A stretch of DNA of 64,000 nt from Fidelibacterota bacterium (GCA_965212055.1 OZ243041.1:352001-416000); one strand, 5' to 3'. Positions 39,957-50,699 are shown, numbered from the stretch's first letter. Notes: generated by a model not told the origin, from the sequence alone. Made by a program: numbers and translations.

Positions 39957-40512
39957 ATATATTAGTGTATTGTTTATTTTTTCCTTAGTTCTTTCTCAAG
40001 AAATTATTAATGAAGAAAGTAAAAATGATTCTACCTTGTTCGAATTTATTGTTGGTGAAGAAATGACCGATTTAGAATTAATGTTAATCGCTGATATAAA
40101 TAGAAATAAGATTTTAGAAAAATATCTCCAACTGGACATTGTTGCAGAATCTTTGGAATTAAATGCTCCAGAGTATGATCGATTTGATAGTAAAAATAAC
40201 AGAGGACTTTATTTTCCTACTGGTCGCGCTACAACATTATATCTAGACAATGGGATACTTGGTTGGACAGAGGCTAGTAAATGGTTGATTGAGAATAACG
40301 AATCATATTCAAGTGGATTTTTTAATACTTCATTTGAAAAATTTACTTATTATAATTCAAGAAAAGGTTTTGTAGATACTGATAATTATTTTAAAGATCC
40401 TTGGAACCAAAGAGACATTAACGATTATATTCGTTATATGCATATGCCACCAACTATGACTAATGTACATCCAATGGAAGCAAATACGATCTATGATCGA
40501 AATCGTAATTGA
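39949..40512 (+). CDS. Hypothetical secreted protein
   Basis: Signal-peptide-like N-terminus; overlaps both flanking genes; no family recognised. Confidence 0.7.
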   Translation: MIRYISVLFIFSLVLSQEIINEESKNDSTLFEFIVGEEMTDLELMLIADINRNKILEKYLQLDIVAESLELNAPEYDRFDSKNNRGLYFPTGRATTLYLDNGILGWTEASKWLIENNESYSSGFFNTSFEKFTYYNSRKGFVDTDNYFKDPWNQRDINDYIRYMHMPPTMTNVHPMEANTIYDRNRN

Positions 40513-41944
40513 GAAAGTTCTGCGCAATATCGCGCAACCAAATAGTGCTATCTTAGGAGAGAAAGTATCAGGGATTACTTCTAATTCAAAAGAGGTCCAA
40601 CCTAACTTTGTTTTTGTTGCGATTCAAGGTATCAATGTCGACGGAAATCAGTTTATTCAAGAAGCGTTAAATAAGGAAGCTGTGTGTGTCATTACTGATT
40701 CAAATGATATAGAAGAAACTGATAGAATTATTAAAGTTGAGAATGCCCGAAAAGCATTAACATGTCTTGCATCAAATTATTATGGAAATCCTGAAAAGCA
40801 TATCAAAACAATTGGAATTACCGGTACAAATGGAAAAACTTCTACTACTTTAATATTAAAAGATATTTTGGAAGCTGATGGTAAAAAAGTTATTCAGGTT
40901 GGAACGTTGGGGGTGATTCCAGATATTACCAATCTAAACCTTTCTCTTACTACTCCAGATTCTATATCTCTTTTCCAAATTTTGCATCATGCGGTTAAAG
41001 AAGAATTTGATTATGCTGTTCTTGAAGTGTCATCTCATGCACTTTCTCAAAATCGAGTGGATAGTATCGCTTTTGATGCTGTGGGATTTACTAATCTTAG
41101 CCTAGATCATTTGGATTATCATAAATCACTAGAAAATTATTTTAATGATAAAAAGAAACTATTTAACCTGATAAAAGACGGTAATAATCCATTAGTATTA
41201 AGTGATAGTAGTTATGGGGAAGATATTTGCAAGGATTATCCAAATTCTAAGAAGATATCTCTAAAAAATGATCAAGCAGACTACTTTTGTACAGCATTTT
41301 CTATTAATCAAGACGGTATTACTGGAACAATGGTTTCAGATAGTTGTTCTTTAGAGATTAATTCAGAATTAAAAGGGAGATACAACCTTGAGAATATTAT
41401 TTTAGCTTCTTCGATTGCATTAGAGCTTGGGGTACAGCCTTCCATTGTTGAAAAAGGGATTAATAATTGTAATTATATTAGTGGAAGACACGAAAGTATA
41501 TCAAAACCAGGATTTCCAGATATTATTGTTGATTATGGGCATACTCCAGATGCTTATGTAAATATATTAAGTTCTTTGAAAGAGATATATCCGAATAAGA
41601 AAATTAAGGTATTGTTTGGTGCGGGTGGTAACAGAGATCAATCCAAACGAACAGAAATGGCTAAAGCGGTTGAACAATTTGCCACCGAATGTTATGTAGT
41701 ACCAGATAATCCAAGATTTGAAAATATCAATGATATTAATAACGATGTGGTAAAAGGATTCTCGAAGGATATATATACAGTATTTGATGATCGTGAAAAA
41801 GGACTATTAATTGCTCTTGAACATTTAGATACCGATGATATTTTAGTTATTTTTGGGAAAGGTAATGAAGAATTTCAAGAGATTAATGGTAAAAAACTTC
41901 ATTATTCTGATAGAAAAATTATAGACAGTTTTTATGCGAGTTGA
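40493..41944 (+). CDS. murE: UDP-MurNAc-dipeptide--meso-diaminopimelate ligase
   Basis: ITGTNGKTS, TTPD, EVSSHAL, DHLDYH, DNPR (mDAP specificity motif). Confidence 0.96.
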   Translation: MIEIVIEKVLRNIAQPNSAILGEKVSGITSNSKEVQPNFVFVAIQGINVDGNQFIQEALNKEAVCVITDSNDIEETDRIIKVENARKALTCLASNYYGNPEKHIKTIGITGTNGKTSTTLILKDILEADGKKVIQVGTLGVIPDITNLNLSLTTPDSISLFQILHHAVKEEFDYAVLEVSSHALSQNRVDSIAFDAVGFTNLSLDHLDYHKSLENYFNDKKKLFNLIKDGNNPLVLSDSSYGEDICKDYPNSKKISLKNDQADYFCTAFSINQDGITGTMVSDSCSLEINSELKGRYNLENIILASSIALELGVQPSIVEKGINNCNYISGRHESISKPGFPDIIVDYGHTPDAYVNILSSLKEIYPNKKIKVLFGAGGNRDQSKRTEMAKAVEQFATECYVVPDNPRFENINDINNDVVKGFSKDIYTVFDDREKGLLIALEHLDTDDILVIFGKGNEEFQEINGKKLHYSDRKIIDSFYAS

Positions 41945-43175
41945 TATTCTAGAAACACAGTTATTTTGCAGATATTTTTCTGATGCAATTGGTAAGAGTG
42001 ATCTTTTGCCAGTAAAGGGGGTTAGTACGGATAGTCGCGATATAAAAAAAGGTGATTTATTCTTAGCAATCAAAGGGGAAAATTTTGATGGATCTGAATT
42101 TGTTAATGAAGCATTTTCCAGTGGAGCAACCTATGCTATTGTTCAATCTGGCGATGAAAATCATAATACTTTCCTTGTTGATGATGTTATATCATTTATT
42201 GGCAAGATTTGTTCTCAATGGATGAATGATTTTGATGGAAATGTTATTGCTGTAACAGGTAGTAACGGAAAGACAACAACAAAAGATCTTATATCTCATA
42301 TTTTAAATAAAAAAGGATACGATGTATCTAAAACACGAGGCAATTTTAATACCTCTATTGGAGTCCCTTTAAGCATATTTTCTTTTCCACATGATGCCTC
42401 CCAAGTTTATGTTTTGGAACTTGGTGCAAATAGAGTGGGAGATATAGAATACTTATCATCAATGGTTAAGCCTGATATAGGTGTTATTACAAATATTTCG
42501 GATGCCCATTTAGAAGGATTTGGTTCAATTGAGAATATTACAAAAGAAAAGAAATCTATTCTTACTCATTCGAAAAAAGGATACTATAACGAAGATATAA
42601 TTGAACCATTCCGAGGTCTTGTTAATCATCCTCTAGGAAAGAACAATGTTTTTCTGAAAAATGCTTCTATTGCTTGTAAAGTGTGTGAAGACTTTATATC
42701 AGAAGGGGATTCAGTGAGATTTGATGAACTATTACAAGATTTTACTTTGCCAAAAGGTAGAGGAGAAGCATGTCTTTTATCCAACAATATTACTTTAATA
42801 GATGATGCATACAATGCAAATCCAGAATCTGTGAAAGCTGCTATTGATAACCTTCAGAGTTATCAAACTGAGGGTAAAAAGATTTTTGTGTTTGGCGATA
42901 TGAAAGAATTAGGAAAAGATGAAGTAAAATTTCATGAAGAGATTGCCAATTATTGTGAGGAAAAGATTGATACTATTATTTGTTATGGAGATTTAGCAAA
43001 AAATACTTTTAATGGTAGTAAAAACATTCCGTTAAGTTTACATTTCAACAGTAAAGAAGCCCTTTCTAATAAGGTTTGTAATTTGTTGGAAAAAAATGAT
43101 ATTGTTTTACTAAAAGGTTCACGAAGTATGGGGTTAGATTCGGTAGCAGAAGATATTAAAAATTATGTTCAATGA
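41934..43175 (+). CDS. murF: UDP-MurNAc-tripeptide--D-Ala-D-Ala ligase
   Basis: STDSR, VTGSNGKTTTKD, DDAYNANPES, GDMKELG, LKGSR. Confidence 0.96.
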   Translation: MRVDILETQLFCRYFSDAIGKSDLLPVKGVSTDSRDIKKGDLFLAIKGENFDGSEFVNEAFSSGATYAIVQSGDENHNTFLVDDVISFIGKICSQWMNDFDGNVIAVTGSNGKTTTKDLISHILNKKGYDVSKTRGNFNTSIGVPLSIFSFPHDASQVYVLELGANRVGDIEYLSSMVKPDIGVITNISDAHLEGFGSIENITKEKKSILTHSKKGYYNEDIIEPFRGLVNHPLGKNNVFLKNASIACKVCEDFISEGDSVRFDELLQDFTLPKGRGEACLLSNNITLIDDAYNANPESVKAAIDNLQSYQTEGKKIFVFGDMKELGKDEVKFHEEIANYCEEKIDTIICYGDLAKNTFNGSKNIPLSLHFNSKEALSNKVCNLLEKNDIVLLKGSRSMGLDSVAEDIKNYVQ

Positions 43176-44268
43176 ACTATTAGATCCGTTAAAAAATTTA
43201 CTTCAATATATCACATTTAGTGCAGGAGCAAGTGCGATTTTTGCACTTTTGATTAGTTTTATTTTTGGTCCAATTATTGTTCGAAATCTTACAAGGCTTC
43301 AAATTGGAGAATCGATCACAGATCATGGCCCAGAGAGCCATCATGAAAAAAAGGGAACACCAACCATGGGCGGTGTTCTTATCATTGTCGCTACAATAAT
43401 ACCTACCTTGATATTCGCAGATATAAGTAATCTGTTTATACAAATTATTTGTATTTCAATGCTTTGGATGGGTTGTGTTGGTTTTTACGATGATTATTTA
43501 AAATCTATCAAGAAAAAAGATGGAGGTTTGGCTGGACGTTACAAATTAATTGCCCAATCTATGCTTGGTATTTTTATCTCATTTATGATCATTAATTCTG
43601 GTGCTTATATTGCTGAAGGCATAGATAAGACTTATTTCACCTTTGTTCCATTTTTAAAGTATGTTTCAATTGATTTTCTTAATCCATTCATTTACACATT
43701 ATTCATTATTCTTGTTGTATCTGCAACATCTAATGCTGTGAATCTAACAGACGGACTTGATGGGTTGGCTACAGGATTGCTTGCTATATCTGTAAGTGTA
43801 TTTGGAGTGTTGTCTTATATATCTGGCAGAGTTGATTTTTCTGACTATCTAAATATTACCTATATACCAATGGCAGGTGAATTAACAATTTTTGCAGCTG
43901 CTCTTTTTGGAGGTTGTCTTGGATTTTTATGGTTTAATGCAAGGCCAGCATTAATTTTTATGGGAGATGTTGGTTCTTTGTCTATGGGTGCTGCGTTAGG
44001 AACATTAGCAATACTACTGAAAAAGGAACTTTTGTTGATTATTGTTGGTGGAGTTTTTGTTTTGGAAGCTTTGTCAGTAATATTCCAGGTAGTATATCAT
44101 AGGTGGACCAAAAAGAAATATGGAAAACCAAAAAAATTATTTTTAATGGCACCACTTCATCACCATTTTGAATTAAAAGGCTGGCCTGAATCAAGAGTGG
44201 TGGTACGTTTCTGGTTACTTGGAATTTTCTTTGCGTTATTATCTCTTACAACCTTTAAAATTTTATAG
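43165..44268 (+). CDS. mraY: Phospho-MurNAc-pentapeptide transferase
   Basis: KKGTPTMGG, DDY, NAVNLTDGLDGL, FMGDVGS, MAPLHHHFE. Confidence 0.98.
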   Translation: MFNELLDPLKNLLQYITFSAGASAIFALLISFIFGPIIVRNLTRLQIGESITDHGPESHHEKKGTPTMGGVLIIVATIIPTLIFADISNLFIQIICISMLWMGCVGFYDDYLKSIKKKDGGLAGRYKLIAQSMLGIFISFMIINSGAYIAEGIDKTYFTFVPFLKYVSIDFLNPFIYTLFIILVVSATSNAVNLTDGLDGLATGLLAISVSVFGVLSYISGRVDFSDYLNITYIPMAGELTIFAAALFGGCLGFLWFNARPALIFMGDVGSLSMGAALGTLAILLKKELLLIIVGGVFVLEALSVIFQVVYHRWTKKKYGKPKKLFLMAPLHHHFELKGWPESRVVVRFWLLGIFFALLSLTTFKIL

Positions 44269-44270
44269 AC

Positions 44271-46001
44271 GTGAGAAGAAAAACTGTTAATGTTCAAGTT
44301 GGGGATATGATGATTGGTAGTGATTATCCTATTAGAACACAATCAATGACCACTGTTTCAACTTTAGATACAGATGCAAGCGTTGATCAAGCCATTAGAA
44401 TTATCAATGCAGGTGGGGAAATAGTTCGATTTACTGCTCCCAATATTAAAGAAGCTGAAAATCTAGAAAATATTAAGAACATTTTAAGAAAGAAGGGATA
44501 TAATGCTCCCTTAGTTGCAGATATTCATTTTACACCCAATGCAGCAATTACTGCCGCAAAAATTGTCGAAAAAGTTAGAATTAATCCTGGTAATTATGTG
44601 GATCGTAAGAAATTTGAGATAAAAGAATATGATGATAAGACATATAATAATGAATTACTCAAAATTGAAGAACGTTTCGTTCCTTTGCTAGAAGTATGTA
44701 AAAAACACAATACTGCTATGAGAATAGGGACAAATCATGGTTCTTTATCAGATAGAATAATGAATCGATTTGGAGATACGCCTCTTGGTATGGTTGAATC
44801 TGCATTAGAATTTCTAAGAATTTGTAATCAACATAATTTTGATCAGGTTGTTTTATCGATGAAATCAAGTAATCCATTGGTAATGGTGCATGCATATCGT
44901 TTATTGGTCCAAAAAATGGATGAAGAAAATATGTATTTCCCATTACATCTTGGTGTAACAGAAGCAGGAGATGGAATTGATGGTAGGATAAAATCATCTT
45001 TAGGAATTGGTTCATTGCTTAATGACGGTATTGGTGATACAATTAGAGTATCTCTTACTGAAGAGCCAGAATTTGAAATACCTTCTGCTAAAAAGATTAT
45101 TGATAAAATTGAAATATCTAATCCAATTAGTAGTAATGATTCAAGGCTATCAAGTTACCAAAAAAGAATTACTTCAAAGATACTCAATATTGGGGGAGAT
45201 AGTGTTCCGGTTGTTATATCTAACTCTAATGTGTTGTTTGAAGGAAATGGCCCTGATTATTTTTATGAAGAACACTTGATAAGTCATAAAAATGAAAAAT
45301 TTCCTTATTTTCCTTCGCTTAAAGAATATCGCCAATCAGAACATAAATCTGATGTAATCAATTTTGTCTCTTTAAATAAAGAAACTATTACTAATTCTAT
45401 TATTAGTTCTATGCCTACGAATGTTGTATTTGTCTTTGATTTTGACAATAGCGTAGCTGATTTTAGATATATTTTCAATTTTTTTGAGGAACAAGATATT
45501 GCTAACCCTGTCTTATTTAAAAAGAATTATGAAGAAGAAGATTTTGAAAAACTATGTATTGATGCATCAATAGATTTTGGAACTATGTTGTTAGAAGGAA
45601 TGGGAAACGGTTTGTGGTTACATTCTGATATTCACCAAGATAGAATTAATGAACTTAGTTTTTCTATTCTTCAAAATACAAGGACAAGAATTTTCAAAAC
45701 TGACTATATTTCTTGTCCATCTTGTGGAAGAACAAAGTTTGATCTTCAAGAGACGACAGCATTAGTAAAAGAGAAAACAAATCACCTAAAACAGTTAAAA
45801 ATAGCTGTAATGGGATGTATTGTAAATGGTCCTGGTGAGATGGCAGATGCTGATTATGGATATGTTGGGTCAGGTAAAGGAGTAATTTCTCTCTATAAAG
45901 GAAAAGATTTAATTAAGAGGAATATTTCAAGTAAAGATGCAGTTGATGAGTTAGTTAACTTAATTAAAGCAAATAATGACTGGATTGAGCCTTCAATTTA
46001 A
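44271..46001 (+). CDS. ispG: HMBPP synthase, long form with inserted domain
   Basis: QSMT, VADIHF, RINPGN, RIGTNHGS, LHLGVTEAG, SCPSCGRT, MGCIVNGPGE. Confidence 0.96.
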   Translation: MRRKTVNVQVGDMMIGSDYPIRTQSMTTVSTLDTDASVDQAIRIINAGGEIVRFTAPNIKEAENLENIKNILRKKGYNAPLVADIHFTPNAAITAAKIVEKVRINPGNYVDRKKFEIKEYDDKTYNNELLKIEERFVPLLEVCKKHNTAMRIGTNHGSLSDRIMNRFGDTPLGMVESALEFLRICNQHNFDQVVLSMKSSNPLVMVHAYRLLVQKMDEENMYFPLHLGVTEAGDGIDGRIKSSLGIGSLLNDGIGDTIRVSLTEEPEFEIPSAKKIIDKIEISNPISSNDSRLSSYQKRITSKILNIGGDSVPVVISNSNVLFEGNGPDYFYEEHLISHKNEKFPYFPSLKEYRQSEHKSDVINFVSLNKETITNSIISSMPTNVVFVFDFDNSVADFRYIFNFFEEQDIANPVLFKKNYEEEDFEKLCIDASIDFGTMLLEGMGNGLWLHSDIHQDRINELSFSILQNTRTRIFKTDYISCPSCGRTKFDLQETTALVKEKTNHLKQLKIAVMGCIVNGPGEMADADYGYVGSGKGVISLYKGKDLIKRNISSKDAVDELVNLIKANNDWIEPSI

Positions 46002-46014
46002 ATTTGTCATTATC

Positions 46015-46043
46015 TTGACGAAGTAAACTTTTATTAGTAATCT
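46015..46043 (+). promoter_or_regulatory. sigma70-like promoter positioned for a leaderless mscS transcript
   Basis: TTGACG-17 bp-TAATCT, then 6 nt, then ATG (46050); no SD. Confidence 0.55.
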
Positions 46044-46049
46044 ACCCCC

Positions 46050-47108
46050 ATGGATACAGAAATATCTTATTTAGAGTGGCTAGAGCCTTATTTAGAGTGG
46101 CTAGAGCCTGTTTTAACCGTTGTGATCGGTGTATGTATAGGTTTCTTATTTAAAACCTATCTATTTAGCAGATTAAAGAGTTTTTCTGATAAAACATCTT
46201 TTAAAGGAGATGATGTTGTCATAAATGCATTTAATTCTATGATAGTATTTTGGTTCTTCTTAGCCTCTTTATCAATTGCACTTAATAATGTTGAGCTTGG
46301 AGATCCTTACAATGTTTACGCATCTCAATTAATATTTGCATTTTTAGTCATTTCAATAAGTTTAACCGCTTCAAAAATAGTTTTAGGAATGTTAGATGTG
46401 TGGTCAAAGAATAATAATTCACTTCCGTCTACTGGTATTTTTAAAGGATTAATTAATGTTTCTATTTTTTCACTTGCATTCCTAGTGGTTCTTCAATCAT
46501 TTGGTATCTCTATTACTCCTCTTTTAACTGCATTGGGAGTAGGTGGTTTAGCTGTATCTTTAGCACTTAAAGATACCCTTTCTGATTTATTTGGTGGAAT
46601 TAATATCCTCTTAAGTAAGACTATGAAGGAAGGAGATTATGTTGAGTTAAGTAATGGATATCAAGGGTATGTTAAAAACATTGGATGGAGATATACCACT
46701 ATACAAGAAAGAGCAAATAATGTAATATCAATTCCAAATTCTGTTCTTTCTGGGTCTGTATCAAAAAATTATACTTCAATGGACGCAGCTTTTAGAGTTC
46801 CTATACAGGTAGGAGTTTCTTATGATAGCGACTTAGATCATGTAGAAAGAATAGCTCTTGAAGTAGCAGGAAATATTTACAATGAATTAGATTGTGTTAG
46901 TAAGGATTATAAGCCAACAATTCGATTTAGAGAATTTGCTGCCTCAAGTATTAATTTCTTTATTTATTTTCAAGGAAAGAAATTTGGAGATCATAATGTT
47001 ATTTTGAATGCATTTATTAAGAAGCTTCATAAGCGTTTCCAACAAGAGAATATTGAAATTCCATATCCAATTCGTACCGTTATTCACAAGAATGAAAATA
47101 AGAATTAA
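46050..47108 (+). CDS. MscS family mechanosensitive channel
   Basis: LTALGVGGLAVSLALKDTLSDLFGG, IGWRYT, IPNS, VGVSYDSDL, IEIPYP. Confidence 0.93.
   Translation: MDTEISYLEWLEPYLEWLEPVLTVVIGVCIGFLFKTYLFSRLKSFSDKTSFKGDDVVINAFNSMIVFWFFLASLSIALNNVELGDPYNVYASQLIFAFLVISISLTASKIVLGMLDVWSKNNNSLPSTGIFKGLINVSIFSLAFLVVLQSFGISITPLLTALGVGGLAVSLALKDTLSDLFGGINILLSKTMKEGDYVELSNGYQGYVKNIGWRYTTIQERANNVISIPNSVLSGSVSKNYTSMDAAFRVPIQVGVSYDSDLDHVERIALEVAGNIYNELDCVSKDYKPTIRFREFAASSINFFIYFQGKKFGDHNVILNAFIKKLHKRFQQENIEIPYPIRTVIHKNENKN
46066..46107 (+). repeat. Perfect 21-bp tandem duplication (YLEWLEP x2)
   Basis: CTTATTTAGAGTGGCTAGAGC present twice. Confidence 0.95.
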
Positions 47109-47529
47109 ACCTTTTAACGATAAAGCAAAAGCTTTATATGAAAACCATTCTCATTTTCATCAAGGAGATGCTGGTTTAGATTTATTTGTAATAGATGATC
47201 AAGTAATTCCTGGAAACTCTTCTCAACCAATTCATTTGCAGGTCGCTTGTGAAAATTTAGATAATAAAGCTTATTACTTATTTCCACGATCTAGTATTTC
47301 CAAAACCCCATTACGGTTAGCTAATTCAATTGGATTAATTGATGCAGGTTATAGAGGAGAATTGGTTGGAATGGTTGATAATATATACCCTGAAGATTAT
47401 GAGATTAAACAAGGAGAAAGATACTTTCAGTTGGTAGCTGTAGATAGTTCTCCGATAGAATTTGAGTTAGTAGATGAATTATCAGATAGTGATCGCGGAG
47501 AAGGTGGTTTTGGCAGTACAGGGAAGTGA
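47092..47529 (+). CDS. dut: Trimeric dUTPase
   Basis: DAGLDL, PRSS, GLIDAGYRGE, RGEGGFGSTG; ATG start at 47092. Confidence 0.96.
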   Translation: MKIRIKPFNDKAKALYENHSHFHQGDAGLDLFVIDDQVIPGNSSQPIHLQVACENLDNKAYYLFPRSSISKTPLRLANSIGLIDAGYRGELVGMVDNIYPEDYEIKQGERYFQLVAVDSSPIEFELVDELSDSDRGEGGFGSTGK

Positions 47530-47541
47530 TTCCAAATTTGT

Positions 47542-47570
47542 TTGATATTGTTGTTTATTAATATTAAGAT
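47542..47570 (+). promoter_or_regulatory. sigma70-like promoter of groES
   Basis: TTGATA-17 bp-TAAGAT; SD GGAGG before groES. Confidence 0.5.
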
Positions 47571-47600
47571 TCCAAGCGCAAAATTAATAATGGAGGAAAA

Positions 47601-47900
47601 ATGTCTTTAAATATAAAACCGTTAGATGATCGTGTTGTTGTAGAGCCATTAGCTGCAGATGAAAAGACTGCTAGTGGGATTATTCTACCTGATACAGCAC
47701 AAGAAAAACCTCAACAAGGAACAGTTGTTGTTGTCGGTCCAGGTAAGGCATGTGATAAAGAGACTTGTACCTGTGTCACTCCAATGAGCGTTAAAAAAGG
47801 GGATAAAGTTTTATATGGAAAATATTCTGGTACTGAAATTGTCCATGAAGGCAAGGAATTGCTTATTATGAGAGAAACTGATATTCTAGCAGTACTTTAA
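47601..47900 (+). CDS. groES: Co-chaperonin GroES
   Basis: [31 protein letters not shown]. Confidence 0.98.
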   Translation: MSLNIKPLDDRVVVEPLAADEKTASGIILPDTAQEKPQQGTVVVVGPGKACDKETCTCVTPMSVKKGDKVLYGKYSGTEIVHEGKELLIMRETDILAVL

Positions 47901-47910
47901 GGAGGATTAA

Positions 47911-49551
47911 ATGTCTAAAGAAATCGCATATGATATAAAAGCACGTGCAACATTAAAAAAAGGTGTAGATAAATTGGCAAATGCTGTTAGGGTTACTTTA
48001 GGACCTAAAGGGCGAAATGTCGTTATTGAGAAAAAATTTGGTTCACCTACTATCACCAAAGATGGTGTAACAGTTGCAAAAGAAATTGATTTAGAAGACC
48101 AACTCGAAAATGTTGGTGCACAAATGTTAAAGGAAGTTGCTTCAAAAACTTCTGATATTGCCGGAGACGGTACAACTACTGCTACAGTTTTGGCCCAATC
48201 GATTATTGCTGAAGGATTAAAAAATGTTACAGCTGGTGCTAATCCAATGGAAATTAAAAAAGGCATTGATTTAGCAAAAAATAATGTAATTGAATTTCTT
48301 TCAAAAATATCAAAAGATATTCCTGACTCAAATCAAATTGCACAAGTTGCTACTATTTCAGCTAATGATGATCAAGAAATTGGATCAAAAATTGCTGAAG
48401 CAATGGATAAAGTAGGAAAAGATGGCGTAATTACAGTTGAAGAATCTAAGACCGCCGAAACATATCTTGAATTTGTAGAAGGTATGCAATTTGACAGAGG
48501 GTATCTTTCTCCATATTTTGTGACTAATTCTGATTCAATGGAAGCCGATTTAGAAGATCCATATGTTTTAGTTCATGATAAAAAGATTAGTAATATGAAA
48601 GATTTATTACCATTACTTGAAAAAGTTGTTCAAGCTGGTAAACCTATTCTTATTATTGCAGAAGATATTGAAGGAGAAGCACTTGCAACTCTAGTTGTGA
48701 ATAAATTAAGAGGAACATTTAAAGTGCTTGCAGTTAAAGCTCCTGGTTTTGGTGATAGAAGAAAAGCAATGCTCGAAGATATTGCCATTCTAACTGGAGC
48801 AACTGTTATATCTGAAGAACAAGGATATAAATTAGAAAATGCTACACTAGAATATCTAGGATCTTGTAAGAAAGTCGTTAGTGATAAAGACAATACAACT
48901 CTTGTGAATGGTAGTGGAGGAAAGAATGCTATTAAAGCTAGAGTTAATGAGATTAGAGTTCAGATTGAAAAGACAACTTCTGATTATGATAAAGAAAAAC
49001 TACAAGAAAGACTTGCAAAATTATCTGGTGGTGTTGCCGTATTAAATGTTGGTGCAGCTACCGAAGTTGAAATGAAAGAAAAGAAAGCAAGGGTTGACGA
49101 TGCATTACATGCTACTAGAGCTGCTGTTGAAGAAGGTATTGTTGCTGGAGGCGGAGTAGCTTTGTTAAGGGCAAGTCTACAACTTGATAGTATAAAAGCA
49201 ACGGCCAGCGAAAAAGTTGGAGTTGATATCATGAAACGTGCTTTGGAAGGTCCAATTAGACAAATTTGTGAAAATGCTGGACTTGAATCATCTATTATAG
49301 TTCAAAAAGTTCTTGAAGGGAAAGATGATTTTGGATTTGATGCCAGAGATGAGAAATATGTTAATATGTTTAAAGCTGGAATTATTGATCCTGCAAAAGT
49401 TGCAAGGGTTGCGGTTGAAAATGCCGCATCAATTTCTGGATTGCTTTTGACTACAGAGGCAGCAATTACTGAAAAACCTGAACCAGATACACCAATGCCT
49501 GCCGGCGGGGCGCCTGATATGGGTATGGGCGGCATGGGCGGCATGATGTAG
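47911..49551 (+). CDS. groEL: Chaperonin GroEL
   Basis: [28 protein letters not shown] tail. Confidence 0.99.
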   Translation: MSKEIAYDIKARATLKKGVDKLANAVRVTLGPKGRNVVIEKKFGSPTITKDGVTVAKEIDLEDQLENVGAQMLKEVASKTSDIAGDGTTTATVLAQSIIAEGLKNVTAGANPMEIKKGIDLAKNNVIEFLSKISKDIPDSNQIAQVATISANDDQEIGSKIAEAMDKVGKDGVITVEESKTAETYLEFVEGMQFDRGYLSPYFVTNSDSMEADLEDPYVLVHDKKISNMKDLLPLLEKVVQAGKPILIIAEDIEGEALATLVVNKLRGTFKVLAVKAPGFGDRRKAMLEDIAILTGATVISEEQGYKLENATLEYLGSCKKVVSDKDNTTLVNGSGGKNAIKARVNEIRVQIEKTTSDYDKEKLQERLAKLSGGVAVLNVGAATEVEMKEKKARVDDALHATRAAVEEGIVAGGGVALLRASLQLDSIKATASEKVGVDIMKRALEGPIRQICENAGLESSIIVQKVLEGKDDFGFDARDEKYVNMFKAGIIDPAKVARVAVENAASISGLLLTTEAAITEKPEPDTPMPAGGAPDMGMGGMGGMM

Positions 49552-50057
49552 TGAACGAAAAAGTTTATTTATCCATTGGATCTAATCTTGGTGATAAAGA
49601 ATCAAATATCGCTTCTTCTATTGCGATGCTAGGTTCACATGTAGAAAATAAAAATATAAGAACATCTTCCTTTTACACTTCAGACCCCCTTTATAATAAA
49701 GATCAACCTATTTTCATTAATATTGTTATAGAGCTTGATACAACTTTTTCTCCATTCCAGTTCTTAGATAAGATTCATGATATAGAAAAAATGTTAGGTA
49801 GAAAATTACCTAGAAAGAAAAACCAACCTAGAACCATCGATATTGATATAGTTTTATTTGGTGACTCTTTTATTGAGACAGAAGAACTTACAATTCCCCA
49901 TCCGCATGCATTATTACGTAAATTTGTCTTAATTCCTTTGGCTGAATTAATTCCCGAAGAAATTTTTCCTGGTACAAACTATAAGATTGTTGATTTATTG
50001 AAGAATTGTCCTGATACTTCAAGAGTGTCTAAACATTTAATCGAAAAAAACGCATGA
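49551..50057 (+). CDS. folK: 6-hydroxymethyl-7,8-dihydropterin pyrophosphokinase
   Basis: YLSIGSNLGD, PRTIDIDI, LTIPHP, RKFVLIPL. Confidence 0.95.
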   Translation: MNEKVYLSIGSNLGDKESNIASSIAMLGSHVENKNIRTSSFYTSDPLYNKDQPIFINIVIELDTTFSPFQFLDKIHDIEKMLGRKLPRKKNQPRTIDIDIVLFGDSFIETEELTIPHPHALLRKFVLIPLAELIPEEIFPGTNYKIVDLLKNCPDTSRVSKHLIEKNA

Positions 50058-50689
50058 TAGAATCGTATATAGCAATTGAAGGACCAATCGGAGTTGGAAA
50101 AACAAGTTTAGCGGAAATCATTGCTGATAAATTAAACACAAGAAAAGTATTGGAGAAGTTCAAAGACAATCCTTTTCTAGAAGGTTTTTATGATGATCCT
50201 GATGCAAATGCTTTTCAAACTCAAGTTTTTTTCTTATTGCAGAGATATCAACAGCAACAAAAAGAGATTAGACAGCTAAATGCGCTCCAAAAAGGAGTTG
50301 TTACCGATTATATGTTTGAGAAAGATCGTTTATTTGCAAGTTTTACACTAAAATCTCAAGCTGAAGATGAGTTGTATGGTCATGTTGCGGATATTCTTGA
50401 AAAAGATGTTGTCAAACCCGATCTTGTTGTTTACTTGCAAGCTGATACATCTAGATTAATGAAAAATATCAAAAAACGTGGTAGAGAATTTGAAAAGGAT
50501 GTAACATTTGATTATATCGATGTAGTCAATCAAAAATATCAAGAATTTTTTGTTAATTATGAAGATACCCCTTTATTAATTATTAATACTAATAATATTG
50601 ATTTTGTAGAAAATGTGGAAGATTTGAAGGAATTATTAGATGTTATTCAAAAACCTATACAAGGAACCAAGTATTTTAATCCAGCTTAA
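50054..50689 (+). CDS. Deoxynucleoside kinase
   Basis: IAIEGPIGVGKTSL, NPFL..FY, QVFFLLQRYQQ, KRGR. Confidence 0.92.
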   Translation: MIESYIAIEGPIGVGKTSLAEIIADKLNTRKVLEKFKDNPFLEGFYDDPDANAFQTQVFFLLQRYQQQQKEIRQLNALQKGVVTDYMFEKDRLFASFTLKSQAEDELYGHVADILEKDVVKPDLVVYLQADTSRLMKNIKKRGREFEKDVTFDYIDVVNQKYQEFFVNYEDTPLLIINTNNIDFVENVEDLKELLDVIQKPIQGTKYFNPA

Positions 50690-50699
50690 ATAAATAGAA

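Noticed and set aside
44271..46001. Long IspG (and the mitochondrial-like aconitase at 7418-9676) as novelties
   Set aside because: Both forms are already known from Bacteroidota-related bacteria.
47530..47600. CIRCE element upstream of groES
   Set aside because: No TTAGCACTC-N9-GAGTGCTAA match is visible.
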